Positions 55,536 to 64,000 of a stretch of DNA of 64,000 bases are shown here, piece by piece (the stretch's first letter is position 1; every line of letters starts with the position of its first letter). Source of the DNA: Bdellovibrionales bacterium. GTDB lineage: Bacteria > Bdellovibrionota > Bdellovibrionia > Bdellovibrionales > UBA1609. The notes beneath the pieces are model-generated. The model saw only the letters and a list, made by a program, of their open reading frames with translations, did not search any database and was not told where the DNA came from. A program made the translations under genes and the position numbers. The stretch spans positions 20,919 through 84,918 of the forward strand of contig JAWLHR010000004.1 of the NCBI GenBank assembly GCA_041690295.1, given 5' to 3'.

Positions 55536-55551
55536 TGGCTCGGTGATTGCT
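55536..55551 (+). promoter_or_regulatory. putative sigma54 promoter
   Basis: TGGCTC-GGTGA-TTGCT. Confidence 0.5.
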
Positions 55552-55591
55552 TTAAGTGCATAAGAGTCGTGCAGACCGGAACGGGGTGCGC

Positions 55592-55954
55592 ATGAACCAT
55601 AAAAGGCCAGGTCGTCTGAGGCGCATTCGGGATGAAGACGTTAAATTCTATAGGGAGCACCCTGAATTATTAGAGCAACATTTTCAGGTGACTAGGCGGA
55701 GTACCCGCGACCTGGGATACGCCTTTTTAATAGGGTTCGCGGTGAATATCCTTTCCCGGTTCATAGCCTATTATCCAATGGATTTGCCGGAATGGTTGAT
55801 CGATTTTCTCTCGGAGTTTTTATACGACCTTGGGGTGAGTATTTGGGGCGCGGTGGTGGCGATTTTTCTATTGGAAGCGATTTGCGAGCGCAATCAACGG
55901 ATCGCCAGCGAATGGTACAATCAGATCAAACTCCGGTTGGACGCGGAAAAGTAA
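55592..55954 (+). CDS. two-TM hypothetical protein
   Basis: Two hydrophobic helices. Confidence 0.6.
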   Translation: MNHKRPGRLRRIRDEDVKFYREHPELLEQHFQVTRRSTRDLGYAFLIGFAVNILSRFIAYYPMDLPEWLIDFLSEFLYDLGVSIWGAVVAIFLLEAICERNQRIASEWYNQIKLRLDAEK

Positions 55955-55999
55955 CTGTGCGTTGAGCCCCGCGTCAGTGGGAGAGATTCTCCCACTGAA

Positions 56000-56398
56000 T
56001 CAAGGAACAGAGGCCAAGCCCCGGGTGGGTGTGGATTTTCGAGGTGTCGCATTGGAGTTTTGGCGATACATGGCTTCGACCGTGGACGTGAGTTGGCCGA
56101 CCACATCGGACACCAGAGTAACAGCCTCATCGTGTGATTTGCCCGCTTCTTTTAAGGCATCAATTCCACGCGCGATGGCTTGTTGATTGCCGACCGACCA
56201 GCTGGCCGAAATATAGCGGCGAAGAACAGCTTCCGCATTTTTCTTGGTCTTTTTTCCGATCCAAGCGGCGGTTTGATAAGTTGAGAATTTGTTCTTGCTT
56301 TGAATTTTTTCGAAGCGACTGACGTAAGTTGCGTCTTTACCAGTAGCCCCCGCCACGGAACTGACTAAAAATGTGAGAATTACCAAAATGTTTTTCAC
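56000..56398 (-). CDS. exported hypothetical protein
   Basis: Signal peptide; GGGGAG RBS; ends RGLASVP. Confidence 0.65.
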   Translation of the reverse strand: MKNILVILTFLVSSVAGATGKDATYVSRFEKIQSKNKFSTYQTAAWIGKKTKKNAEAVLRRYISASWSVGNQQAIARGIDALKEAGKSHDEAVTLVSDVVGQLTSTVEAMYRQNSNATPRKSTPTRGLASVP

Positions 56399-56551
56399 TT
56401 CTCATCTCCCCTTTACAACTGTGCAGCGGCTATCTACTCTTCTGCTCCACGTTTCAAAGCCGCTCCTTTGATATAAGATAAAGGCAATTTAAATGCCGAC
56501 GCATTTTGTCTCAATTTGAGAAACGTAATGGATTTGTTAGGGTTCCCATAA

Positions 56552-57679
56552 ATGAAACCAGAGGTATCAGAATTCTTTGTCGTGTCCCTGCCAGGTCTGG
56601 AGGATCTGGTGGTCGAAGAGATCAGGTCCTGGTTTCCCCATCTGGAAGTTCAACAGGAGCATGGCGGAGTCACGGTGTGGGCTCCAATGGCGGAAGGGTT
56701 GGGCTTGAATCTGGTTTTAAAATCGGGCGTGCGCGTGCTTTTGCGTTTGCATTCCTTCCGGTGCCGGGATTTTCCTAAACTTTTTAAAACCTTCAGGGAC
56801 CTGCCTTGGAATCAATGGGTTCAGCCGGACACCTCGCTTGTGGTGAACGCCTCTTCGCGCGCCTCACGACTGAAAATAAAAAAACGCATCGAGGAGACTT
56901 GCCTGAAGGCCTATGAAAAAGCCCGTATAAATAAAGGCGATGGTACCGCCACTGTTTATGTGCGATTTCTGAACGACCAATGCACGATCAGTTTAGACAC
57001 CACCGGGGAAAGGCTTCACAAGCGAGGCCATCGTCAGTTGATTGGTGAGGCTCCGCTTCGTGAAAATCTGGCCGCCGCCATGATTCTGATGGTGATGAAA
57101 CATGCAAACGTGAATGACCCGGTTGAAATCATTGATCCGATGATGGGTTCGGGCACCTTCTTGTTGGAAGCTACCGGCCTTCATCACGTCGCCCCTCAAC
57201 GGGAGTTCGCTTTCAAGAGGATTCCCCAGGTCAAAGCGGCACTCCCGAAAGCTAAACCTCCCAAACTGAGAATTGAGCGCTTGGTGGGTTTTGAGCGGGA
57301 TCCAAAAACCTTTGAGGCCGCGCGAAAGAATTTGAAGGATGTCCAAGATGTCCAGCTTTATCAAGCCGACTTCTTTTCCACGGAGCCCATGGCCAACACT
57401 CAAGCTCGCAGATGGGTTTTTTGCAATCCGCCCTATGGTGAACGAATCCGCGTCGAAGACGATCTTAAGAAATATTACGAGACTCTGTTCGAGACGACGG
57501 AACGGGTCGTGAAACCGGATTACGCCTGTTTTCTTCTGCCCACAGGCAAGGTGAAAGGTAAGTTCAAATTGCCGGTTTTATGGAAAATCGTCGACAAGCG
57601 GCCGTTTCTTCATGGGGGACTTCCGGTGACGGCGTTTCTGTTTCAGTCTACACGCTCAGCCAAGCCACCCGGTTGTTAA
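56552..57679 (+). CDS. THUMP-domain RNA N2-methyltransferase (RlmL-like)
   Basis: GLE, SLDTTGERLHKRG, APLRENLAAA, DPMMGSGT, NPPYG. Confidence 0.88.
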   Translation: MKPEVSEFFVVSLPGLEDLVVEEIRSWFPHLEVQQEHGGVTVWAPMAEGLGLNLVLKSGVRVLLRLHSFRCRDFPKLFKTFRDLPWNQWVQPDTSLVVNASSRASRLKIKKRIEETCLKAYEKARINKGDGTATVYVRFLNDQCTISLDTTGERLHKRGHRQLIGEAPLRENLAAAMILMVMKHANVNDPVEIIDPMMGSGTFLLEATGLHHVAPQREFAFKRIPQVKAALPKAKPPKLRIERLVGFERDPKTFEAARKNLKDVQDVQLYQADFFSTEPMANTQARRWVFCNPPYGERIRVEDDLKKYYETLFETTERVVKPDYACFLLPTGKVKGKFKLPVLWKIVDKRPFLHGGLPVTAFLFQSTRSAKPPGC

Positions 57680-58295
57680 GGTGAAGCTCCCGAAAGCTAA
57701 ACTTCTCGTGGATCCATTGAAAGGTTCTGCGACTGTAAAATCCCACATGGGTGGGATCGCGCCGGTAGTACCAATCAGCGAAGTCAATATCCTCGGAATA
57801 GATGTGGGTCATAAAGCCGAGACCTCCGCCCGGCCGCACCAGCCTGCGGAGCCGATGAAGTTCATTTTCCGGATGGTAAAGATGCTCAATCACTTCCACC
57901 GCGATGATGAAATCATAGGTGCGCTCAAATACCGCGCGATCCTTATGAAAAAACGGATCGTAAAGCGACATTCGGTAACCTGATTGTTCCAGGAGATAGG
58001 AACTGACGGATTGGGGGCCGGCGCCGAAATCAAGCCCATGGGCTCCCTGGGGTATTCGCGACTTCACCATATCGAGAAGCGGTTGGACGAATTTTTGGAA
58101 TTTGGGATCATGAATATCGTTTTGGTGAAGGTGATATCGTTGCAACTCCTCGGATGGATTCAAACGATAGTTTTCATCCATGAATCGAAAATCACAGATC
58201 GGACAATGGGAATAATCAACCTGTGTTCGTGGATCCTTATAAAAGGCCTGAGAGGGAGAGCCGCAGAGTTGGCAAGGTGGCCGTGTCATAGCCAC
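57648..58295 (-). CDS. class I SAM methyltransferase with N-terminal CxxC pairs
   Basis: CQLC..CPIC, LDFGAGP, YDPF, EVIEH, WYYRRDPTHV. Confidence 0.88.
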   Translation of the reverse strand: MAMTRPPCQLCGSPSQAFYKDPRTQVDYSHCPICDFRFMDENYRLNPSEELQRYHLHQNDIHDPKFQKFVQPLLDMVKSRIPQGAHGLDFGAGPQSVSSYLLEQSGYRMSLYDPFFHKDRAVFERTYDFIIAVEVIEHLYHPENELHRLRRLVRPGGGLGFMTHIYSEDIDFADWYYRRDPTHVGFYSRRTFQWIHEKFSFRELHLNNRVAWLSV

Positions 58296-58303
58296 CTGCT
58301 AGC

Positions 58304-59335
58304 TTATCCTTTTGAATTTGTCGCGTTTTTTTGTTGATTTTGACCACGCGGAGCACGAGGCGTGCGTGAATCACGCGAACCGGTGCCACGGTCGCGTGGA
58401 TTCAGGCGATCCGAATTGCGTCGATCGCGGTTGCGGTTCGCCTCACGATCGCGATTACGATTCCGATCGCGGTTGTCATCGTCGTCGAATCGGATCCCTG
58501 TGATCTGCGCGCCTCCACGGGATTTGATTTTGCGAGTTTGGCCGATACGGGCGCGTTCCGTGGCGCGGCTTTGGATGAAATCAAAGTCGCGGTCGCGGTG
58601 TCCACCGGGAGTTCGGCCGATGCGTCCGGAGCGGATGCGATCCTCGCGGAACGCGCGGCGGGCGTAATGAAGCACTTTCGTGCGATCACGCAGAACATAG
58701 GTGAATAAACTGCGGCTGGTCACGTGGGCCCGTTTCACCATAGTGAAACCGAAAGTGAACTGACCGGCATACAGATTCAGGTTCAATACAGCCTTGTATC
58801 CCGGCATCCAATAGCCATCGTTGAATCCATACTGAAGACCCAGTTTATAGCCTTGAGCATACTCGGGGTAATACGGATACCAGCCAATATAGTCGTCATC
58901 GTCGTGATCAAACCAGGTGACCGTGTGGGGTTGATAGTTGAGATCCGCGAAAGGTAACCACACCCAGCCGTACTGCTGGTGGTGGCGCCAAATGCCGTAG
59001 TGATCAGTCATCCATCCCCAGGGTTCATTGGAAACCCAGGTCCAGCCGTAATTTTGATCATAGGACCAGTAACCATAGCGATAGGGCGCCCATTGATCCC
59101 GATATTGATATTGAAGCAGGGTCATGTTGGGAACGAAGAACTGCTGGCCACCGATCGTCACCCATTGTCCCATCCCATTAAGGGCCACATGGGGCTGGAG
59201 CACGGAACCAGGGTAGAGTGAGGGATCATTCACCGCGGGCGGTGGAGCCGCGTTATTGGTCTTTTTAGATGATTTAGAGCCGCAGGCCGCAAGGCAAACG
59301 ACAACCGATAGGAAAAACAATCGCAAAACGGACAT
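58304..59335 (-). CDS. DUF6600-like Trp/Tyr-rich lipoprotein
   Basis: LAAC lipobox; WAPYRYGYW..YGWTWVS.EPWGW...HYGIW; Arg/Asp-rich tail. Confidence 0.75.
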   Translation of the reverse strand: MSVLRLFFLSVVVCLAACGSKSSKKTNNAAPPPAVNDPSLYPGSVLQPHVALNGMGQWVTIGGQQFFVPNMTLLQYQYRDQWAPYRYGYWSYDQNYGWTWVSNEPWGWMTDHYGIWRHHQQYGWVWLPFADLNYQPHTVTWFDHDDDDYIGWYPYYPEYAQGYKLGLQYGFNDGYWMPGYKAVLNLNLYAGQFTFGFTMVKRAHVTSRSLFTYVLRDRTKVLHYARRAFREDRIRSGRIGRTPGGHRDRDFDFIQSRATERARIGQTRKIKSRGGAQITGIRFDDDDNRDRNRNRDREANRNRDRRNSDRLNPRDRGTGSRDSRTPRAPRGQNQQKNATNSKG

Positions 59336-59431
59336 AGGTCCTCCCACAAGCGGGCGACCTGCCAGATTCATTCCAATGGGGAGGATTAATAAACCGATTT
59401 TGGGAGACTCAAAGTGACGTTTTACGTCACC

Positions 59432-59839
59432 TCATCGCGAATTCTTTTCGCAAAAGTAATCCATATAAACCGGCTGCTCGACGTGGGTGTCGCACTTTCC
59501 TTCACCCTCGATGGTGGTGGAGATGTAGTATTCCAGGGTCAGAGTTTTCGTCGCCTGATCGTATTTATATCCGCCGTATTTGCAAATCGCCTCTTCGTCC
59601 ATCAGGATTTGAGTGGGTTTGCCATTGCAGGTGACGGACAAAGTGATTCTCAGGGGAAGCAATACGGGATGGTCCTTATTGGTAATGAGGACGTCAAACC
59701 GGCCAAGTTGAGGATCGCGGATTTGATGGGCGGCGACCGTGTCGGAGGGGCGGCCCTTCTTTTTGGGCGATTCCTCTTCGGCGAAAGCGCCCGCGCTCAG
59801 AACCAGAATGACCAGAGTGAGCCACTTCATGGTTTTCAT
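59432..59839 (-). CDS. exported hypothetical protein (4 Cys)
   Basis: Signal peptide ..AFA; abuts upstream gene stop. Confidence 0.7.
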   Translation of the reverse strand: MKTMKWLTLVILVLSAGAFAEEESPKKKGRPSDTVAAHQIRDPQLGRFDVLITNKDHPVLLPLRITLSVTCNGKPTQILMDEEAICKYGGYKYDQATKTLTLEYYISTTIEGEGKCDTHVEQPVYMDYFCEKNSR

Positions 59840-60499
59840 TTACCATCTCCTTCCAAAACAGCCTATGCTGAAATGCGCATGGTCTTTATGCCCTTGCGTA
59901 CGGCTTTGGCCGTTATGCCAGAGGGCGACAAATCCATTATTTCTATGGACTCCACGCCCGTTACCCGGACCCGCCATGCAGCGGACCAACTGGGCGAATC
60001 TTCCTTCGGTTCGGGAACTATCAATCGCTCTATAAACCCGGCCGTCATTGCAGATCATACTGAACACATCGATCGCGCGACCCACGCTGTGACAGGAGCC
60101 AGGGGAATTCCGAGGGGCATTGTATCGGCCCGGCCGGCATCCCGGCGCGCAGGCATTGAACCGGATTAAAAACGGCTTCCAGATGGGCTGCCGTTGGGAC
60201 GCATTTTGCGGGGGAGCGTTCGGATCCAGCATACCCTCGAGCAATTCATCGATCGGGGAAGGGGTGACTCTGGGGTTACCGAAACCGGGACGCGGTCTGA
60301 GAATCGGTTCTTCCAAGACAAACGGGTCCGTGTTTGTCGGTCGGGGACGTGGCTGAGTCTGGGGCCGGATGAGGTTTCCGGAATTATTGGGAACCAAAAT
60401 CGGGCTTTCGAGAATAAACCCGCCGGTGCCCAAGCGTTCAGCGTGAACCTGAGGCATTAATCCTATGATTAAAACGAGAGCCAACCATCGAGTTTTCAT
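59840..60499 (-). CDS. exported M15/LAS-type Zn peptidase-like protein
   Basis: SCHSVGRAIDV (H-x6-D) and HKDHAH motifs. Confidence 0.65.
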   Translation of the reverse strand: MKTRWLALVLIIGLMPQVHAERLGTGGFILESPILVPNNSGNLIRPQTQPRPRPTNTDPFVLEEPILRPRPGFGNPRVTPSPIDELLEGMLDPNAPPQNASQRQPIWKPFLIRFNACAPGCRPGRYNAPRNSPGSCHSVGRAIDVFSMICNDGRVYRAIDSSRTEGRFAQLVRCMAGPGNGRGVHRNNGFVALWHNGQSRTQGHKDHAHFSIGCFGRRW

Positions 60500-60591
60500 C
60501 GGTGGCTGGCTTTTGCAATTTATGAGGGCGTGGAAATGAAATTAACCGCATCTACCGGGAGCCGATCTTTACAGCTGTCTCCCCATTTTCG

Positions 60592-63500
60592 TCACCGTTC
60601 GTACTGGTAGGTCACGTCGATACGGGTTCCGGCGGCCACAGGCTGGTCAAACAGGATGGTGGTGCCCTGTAAAGTCCAGTTGATGTTTTGCGACGGTGTG
60701 AATGTGACTTGGACCGTACCGGGGATCGGCGTGCGAGAGATCTCCACGGCTTGCGTGAGTTTGCGTAAATCCTGACCAATCTGGCGTAAGGTTACGCTAT
60801 AGTCGGGCGCGCAAATGCTCACCGATTGGCCGCCCGTGAGGCTCGCCAGTTGAGTGGCGTAAGTGCCATAGAACGCGATACCGTTTTGTTGATCCGCTTG
60901 TCGTTTTAAACAGGACGAGTCGCCGGGTAAAATCACGATCGCATAAGCTTTGAATTTCTTTTCGGCACCGAAGGCTTCGATCACTTTGTCCACAACGGCT
61001 TGAGGCTTCGTGGCGCCCGAAGGCGTACCGTCGCTTTGTTCGTCTTCGTCCGAAAGAACCACAACGGCTAAAGCGGCATCCTCACGGAAGAATCCGGCGT
61101 TGATTCCATTGCGTTTGTCGATCGCCGTGACAGTGGCTTTCATGGCTTCTTCCAAGCCGGACGGACAATCTCCACGAGCGGCGCATCCGATGGTCTCAGG
61201 ACGTACGATGGTGTTGTTAAAGACCACGTCATAACCCGGAATATCGGGCGTGAGAACTTTTGAACCGGTTCCGGTCATGGTGAGCAAGGATCCGCAGATG
61301 CCATAATTGACGCTCGTACAATCGGTGGTGGTGATTCCGATCTGCCAGTTCAGGCCGGCCAGCTCGCTCACGAAAGAGGGGAATTTCTGACCCAAAGCCT
61401 CTTGCTCGGGATCCATGGAGGCCGAGTTGTCATCGATGAACAGGATGTCCACTTTACCTTCGCCTTGATCCGCGATGAAAGTTTCGGTCGCGCTGGGTTT
61501 GGGCGAAGAGTGATAGTTGGCTTGATCGAATCCGGTGTTGCCGGCCAAATCGGTTTGTTCGGCCCGGACTTTTTTACCGCCATTACCCTTGGAGACGGTG
61601 AGATCAACACTGAAGTTGCCGCCGGCCGGGCAGGTGGTGGTGCTGTCATTCATGATGTCACCGGTGATGTGAAGGGCGAGACCCGCTTCGCAAGTTCCGG
61701 TTAAGGTGAAGTCGCCGTTTACTGCCGAACCGTTGGCCGGGCTGGTGATTTTAACGTTAGGCGGTGTGGTGTCGAGAACGAAATCGCGAGAGTCGCTGGC
61801 GGTGTTGCCGGAGTTATCCGTCTGCGAAGCCACGATGGTTTTTGTTCCATCCGGCTGAGCCAAAGTGATGTTGGTGCTGAATTTTCCGTTGGCGCACGAG
61901 GTGGTGAGCGGGCTCGAAAGGCCGTTGCCCGAGAGATGAACCGTAAGGCCCGTTTCGCAGGTTCCGGTGAGAGTGAATCCGGAATTCGTAATCGCCCCGG
62001 CCAAGGGTGTGAGAATTTGAATCGACGGTCCGGTGGCGTCTTTCACGAAATTGCGGCTGTCGGATCCGGTGTTGCCCGCGGCATCCGTCTGTTTGGCGAT
62101 GATATTCTTCGTTCCATCGCCGGCGCTGAAGGTGATTTGCGCGCTGAACGTTCCGCCGCTGCAATTCACGGTTAAAGGCGTGCTCAGGCCAGCACCCGAA
62201 AGTTCGACGGGCAATCCGGTCTCACATTGGCCGAAAACTTCAAGACCGGTTTGTGCGGATGAGCCCTCTTGCGGATCCGTGAAACGCACCAAAGGAGCCG
62301 TGGTGTCCCGATGGAAAGTTCGGCTGTCGCTGGCTTGATTGCCGGCGGAGTCCATTTGCGAAGCCACGACGGTCTTATTGCCGTCAGGAGCACTTAAAGT
62401 GACGTTCGCCGAGAACGAACCTAAAGTGCAGCTGGTGGTGACGGATTGAGTGATGGCGCCGGAGAGAGTCACATCCAATCCGGATTCACAAGTTCCACTG
62501 ATGGTCAGGCCCGATTGAGTGGATGTGCCGGTGGCCGGACTTGTGATCTTAATGGACGGCGCGGTGGTGTCGAGCATGAAATTGCGGTTGTCGGATCCGG
62601 TGTTGCCGACGTTATCCGTTTGCGAGGCGATCACGTTTTTGGACCCATCGGGTGCGAGGAATTGAACGGAAGCGCTCCATTGGCCGTTCGTGCAATTGGC
62701 GATGGCCGGAGTGATCTGTCCGCTCAATTGAACCAGTAGGCCCGTTTCGCAAGTTCCGCTGATGGTGAGAGAGCCGTTGGTGATGGTGTTGGCGGCCGGG
62801 CTGGCGATGGTGATCGCCGGACCGGTTGTGTCGCGGTTGAAATCCCGGCTGTCGGATCCGGTGTTGCCCGCGGCGTCCGTTTGTGAGGCCGTGATGGTTT
62901 TAACTCCATCTCCGGCGCTGAAGCTGATATTCGCGCTGAAGGTTCCGTTGTTACAGGAAACAGGACCAGGTGTGCCAATGCCGGCACCCGCCAATTGCAC
63001 GGGCAGACCGGATTCGCAAACACCGGTGACATTAAGTCCGTCTTTGGCGACAGTTCCCGCCGCGGGACTGGTGAATCGAACAACCGGCGCGGTGGTGTCG
63101 AGAATGAAATTGCGACTATCACTTCCCGTATTGCCAACTGAGTCCGTTTGTGAGGCCACGACATTCTTAATGCCATCGGGGCTGGCCAAGGTGATATTGG
63201 CGCTGAATTGACCGTTGGCGCAGGTCGCGGTCGTGGGAGTTTGAATTCCACCGGAAATCTGAACCGGAAGGCCATTCGTACAAGTTCCCTGAAGATCGAG
63301 GTTCGTGCGCGTGACGGTGTTCGCCGCGGGCTGAGTGATGGTGATCGCGGGCGCGACCGTCATCAGACGGAAGGTGCGTTGATCGTTTTTGCTGTTGCCG
63401 GCCCGATCGGTTTGCACGGCTGTGACTGTCTTATCGCCGTCGGGTGAAGCCAAGGTGACAAGAACTGAGAAGCCGCCGTTGGTGCAATCGGTTGTGACCG

Positions 63501-64000
63501 CTTGAGTGATCTCACCTGCGAGTTGCACGGGAAGTCCCGTTTCGCAGGTGCCCACAACTTGAATGGTGGATTTGGTGGGTGTACCGGCCGCGGGACCTGT
63601 TATCAAAAGATTCGGAGCGGTTGTATCTTTGATGAAGTTACGATTGTCGGATCCGGTATTTCCGGCGTTATCGGTTTGCGAGGCGATGATGTTTTTGACG
63701 CCATCGCCGTTTGAGAAGGTGATGTCGACGGAGAATTGACCGTTATTGCAGGTTGCGGAATTAGGTGAAGCGAGGCCTGCGCCGGAGAGGGCAATCGGCA
63801 ATCCATCCGTACAGATACCCACGAGCGTGACACCGGTTTGCGCTTCAGTGTTTTCGGCGGGTCCTGTGATCTGGATGGTCGGGCCGGTTGTATCCTTAAT
63901 AAAGTTACGATTGTCGGATCCGGTATTTCCGGCGTTATCGGTTTGCGAGGCGATGATGTTTTTGACGCCATCGCCGTTTGAGAAGGTGATGTCGACGGAG
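60592..64000 (-). CDS. large adhesin: tandem Ig-like (~89 aa) repeats + C-terminal vWA domain (5' end outside window)
   Basis: Repeated DTTAP..ITSP..G.CE.GL..C..G.FS..QTD.AGN; DILFIDDNSASM MIDAS motif; frame stays open to the window end. Confidence 0.9.
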   Translation of the reverse strand, partial: SVDITFSNGDGVKNIIASQTDNAGNTGSDNRNFIKDTTGPTIQITGPAENTEAQTGVTLVGICTDGLPIALSGAGLASPNSATCNNGQFSVDITFSNGDGVKNIIASQTDNAGNTGSDNRNFIKDTTAPNLLITGPAAGTPTKSTIQVVGTCETGLPVQLAGEITQAVTTDCTNGGFSVLVTLASPDGDKTVTAVQTDRAGNSKNDQRTFRLMTVAPAITITQPAANTVTRTNLDLQGTCTNGLPVQISGGIQTPTTATCANGQFSANITLASPDGIKNVVASQTDSVGNTGSDSRNFILDTTAPVVRFTSPAAGTVAKDGLNVTGVCESGLPVQLAGAGIGTPGPVSCNNGTFSANISFSAGDGVKTITASQTDAAGNTGSDSRDFNRDTTGPAITIASPAANTITNGSLTISGTCETGLLVQLSGQITPAIANCTNGQWSASVQFLAPDGSKNVIASQTDNVGNTGSDNRNFMLDTTAPSIKITSPATGTSTQSGLTISGTCESGLDVTLSGAITQSVTTSCTLGSFSANVTLSAPDGNKTVVASQMDSAGNQASDSRTFHRDTTAPLVRFTDPQEGSSAQTGLEVFGQCETGLPVELSGAGLSTPLTVNCSGGTFSAQITFSAGDGTKNIIAKQTDAAGNTGSDSRNFVKDATGPSIQILTPLAGAITNSGFTLTGTCETGLTVHLSGNGLSSPLTTSCANGKFSTNITLAQPDGTKTIVASQTDNSGNTASDSRDFVLDTTPPNVKITSPANGSAVNGDFTLTGTCEAGLALHITGDIMNDSTTTCPAGGNFSVDLTVSKGNGGKKVRAEQTDLAGNTGFDQANYHSSPKPSATETFIADQGEGKVDILFIDDNSASMDPEQEALGQKFPSFVSELAGLNWQIGITTTDCTSVNYGICGSLLTMTGTGSKVLTPDIPGYDVVFNNTIVRPETIGCAARGDCPSGLEEAMKATVTAIDKRNGINAGFFREDAALAVVVLSDEDEQSDGTPSGATKPQAVVDKVIEAFGAEKKFKAYAIVILPGDSSCLKRQADQQNGIAFYGTYATQLASLTGGQSVSICAPDYSVTLRQIGQDLRKLTQAVEISRTPIPGTVQVTFTPSQNINWTLQGTTILFDQPVAAGTRIDVTYQYER
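63635..64000. repeat. identical 99-bp direct repeat at 267-bp spacing
   Basis: 63635-63733 is identical to 63902-64000. Confidence 0.85.

Overview
Chromosomal window (no CRISPR, rRNA or prophage seen). Its gene content suggests a predatory Bdellovibrionota bacterium (inference only): many Sec/lipoprotein-signal orphans, Ig/vWA and Hint adhesins, pilin-like proteins, and sigma54/sigma28 promoters. Housekeeping genes (bolA, ettA, map, ahcY, orn, an rlmL-like methylase, tRNA-Asp) are interleaved with accessory modules. (1) An AT-rich island (~7.7-13.5 kb) encodes an orphan sensor kinase, two alpha/beta hydrolases, a small secreted protein and an ICMT-methyltransferase/peptide-binding-protein fusion broken by one in-frame TAA. 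(2) An aminophenol meta-cleavage operon (18.1-26.4 kb) has an LLM oxidoreductase that apparently starts at CTG and an asparaginase-II homologue with a remodelled metal site. (3) A sigma28-preceded PKD/TSP1/Hint lipoprotein. (4) A divergent, sigma54-preceded locus of seven unknown exported proteins, including two coiled-coil paralogues. (5) A 966-bp IS1-like element with perfect 22-bp inverted repeats and a frameshifted transposase. (6) An HTTM/beta-propeller/GT-C cluster beside tandem pilin-like genes with near-identical tails. The most striking cross-window pattern is a terminal C-E-x-x-L motif shared by four exported enzymes at separate loci: a ligase domain, a nuclease-like protein and two hydrolases. 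It is a candidate effector-sorting tag. All function calls come from motif recognition by eye; no database searches were run.
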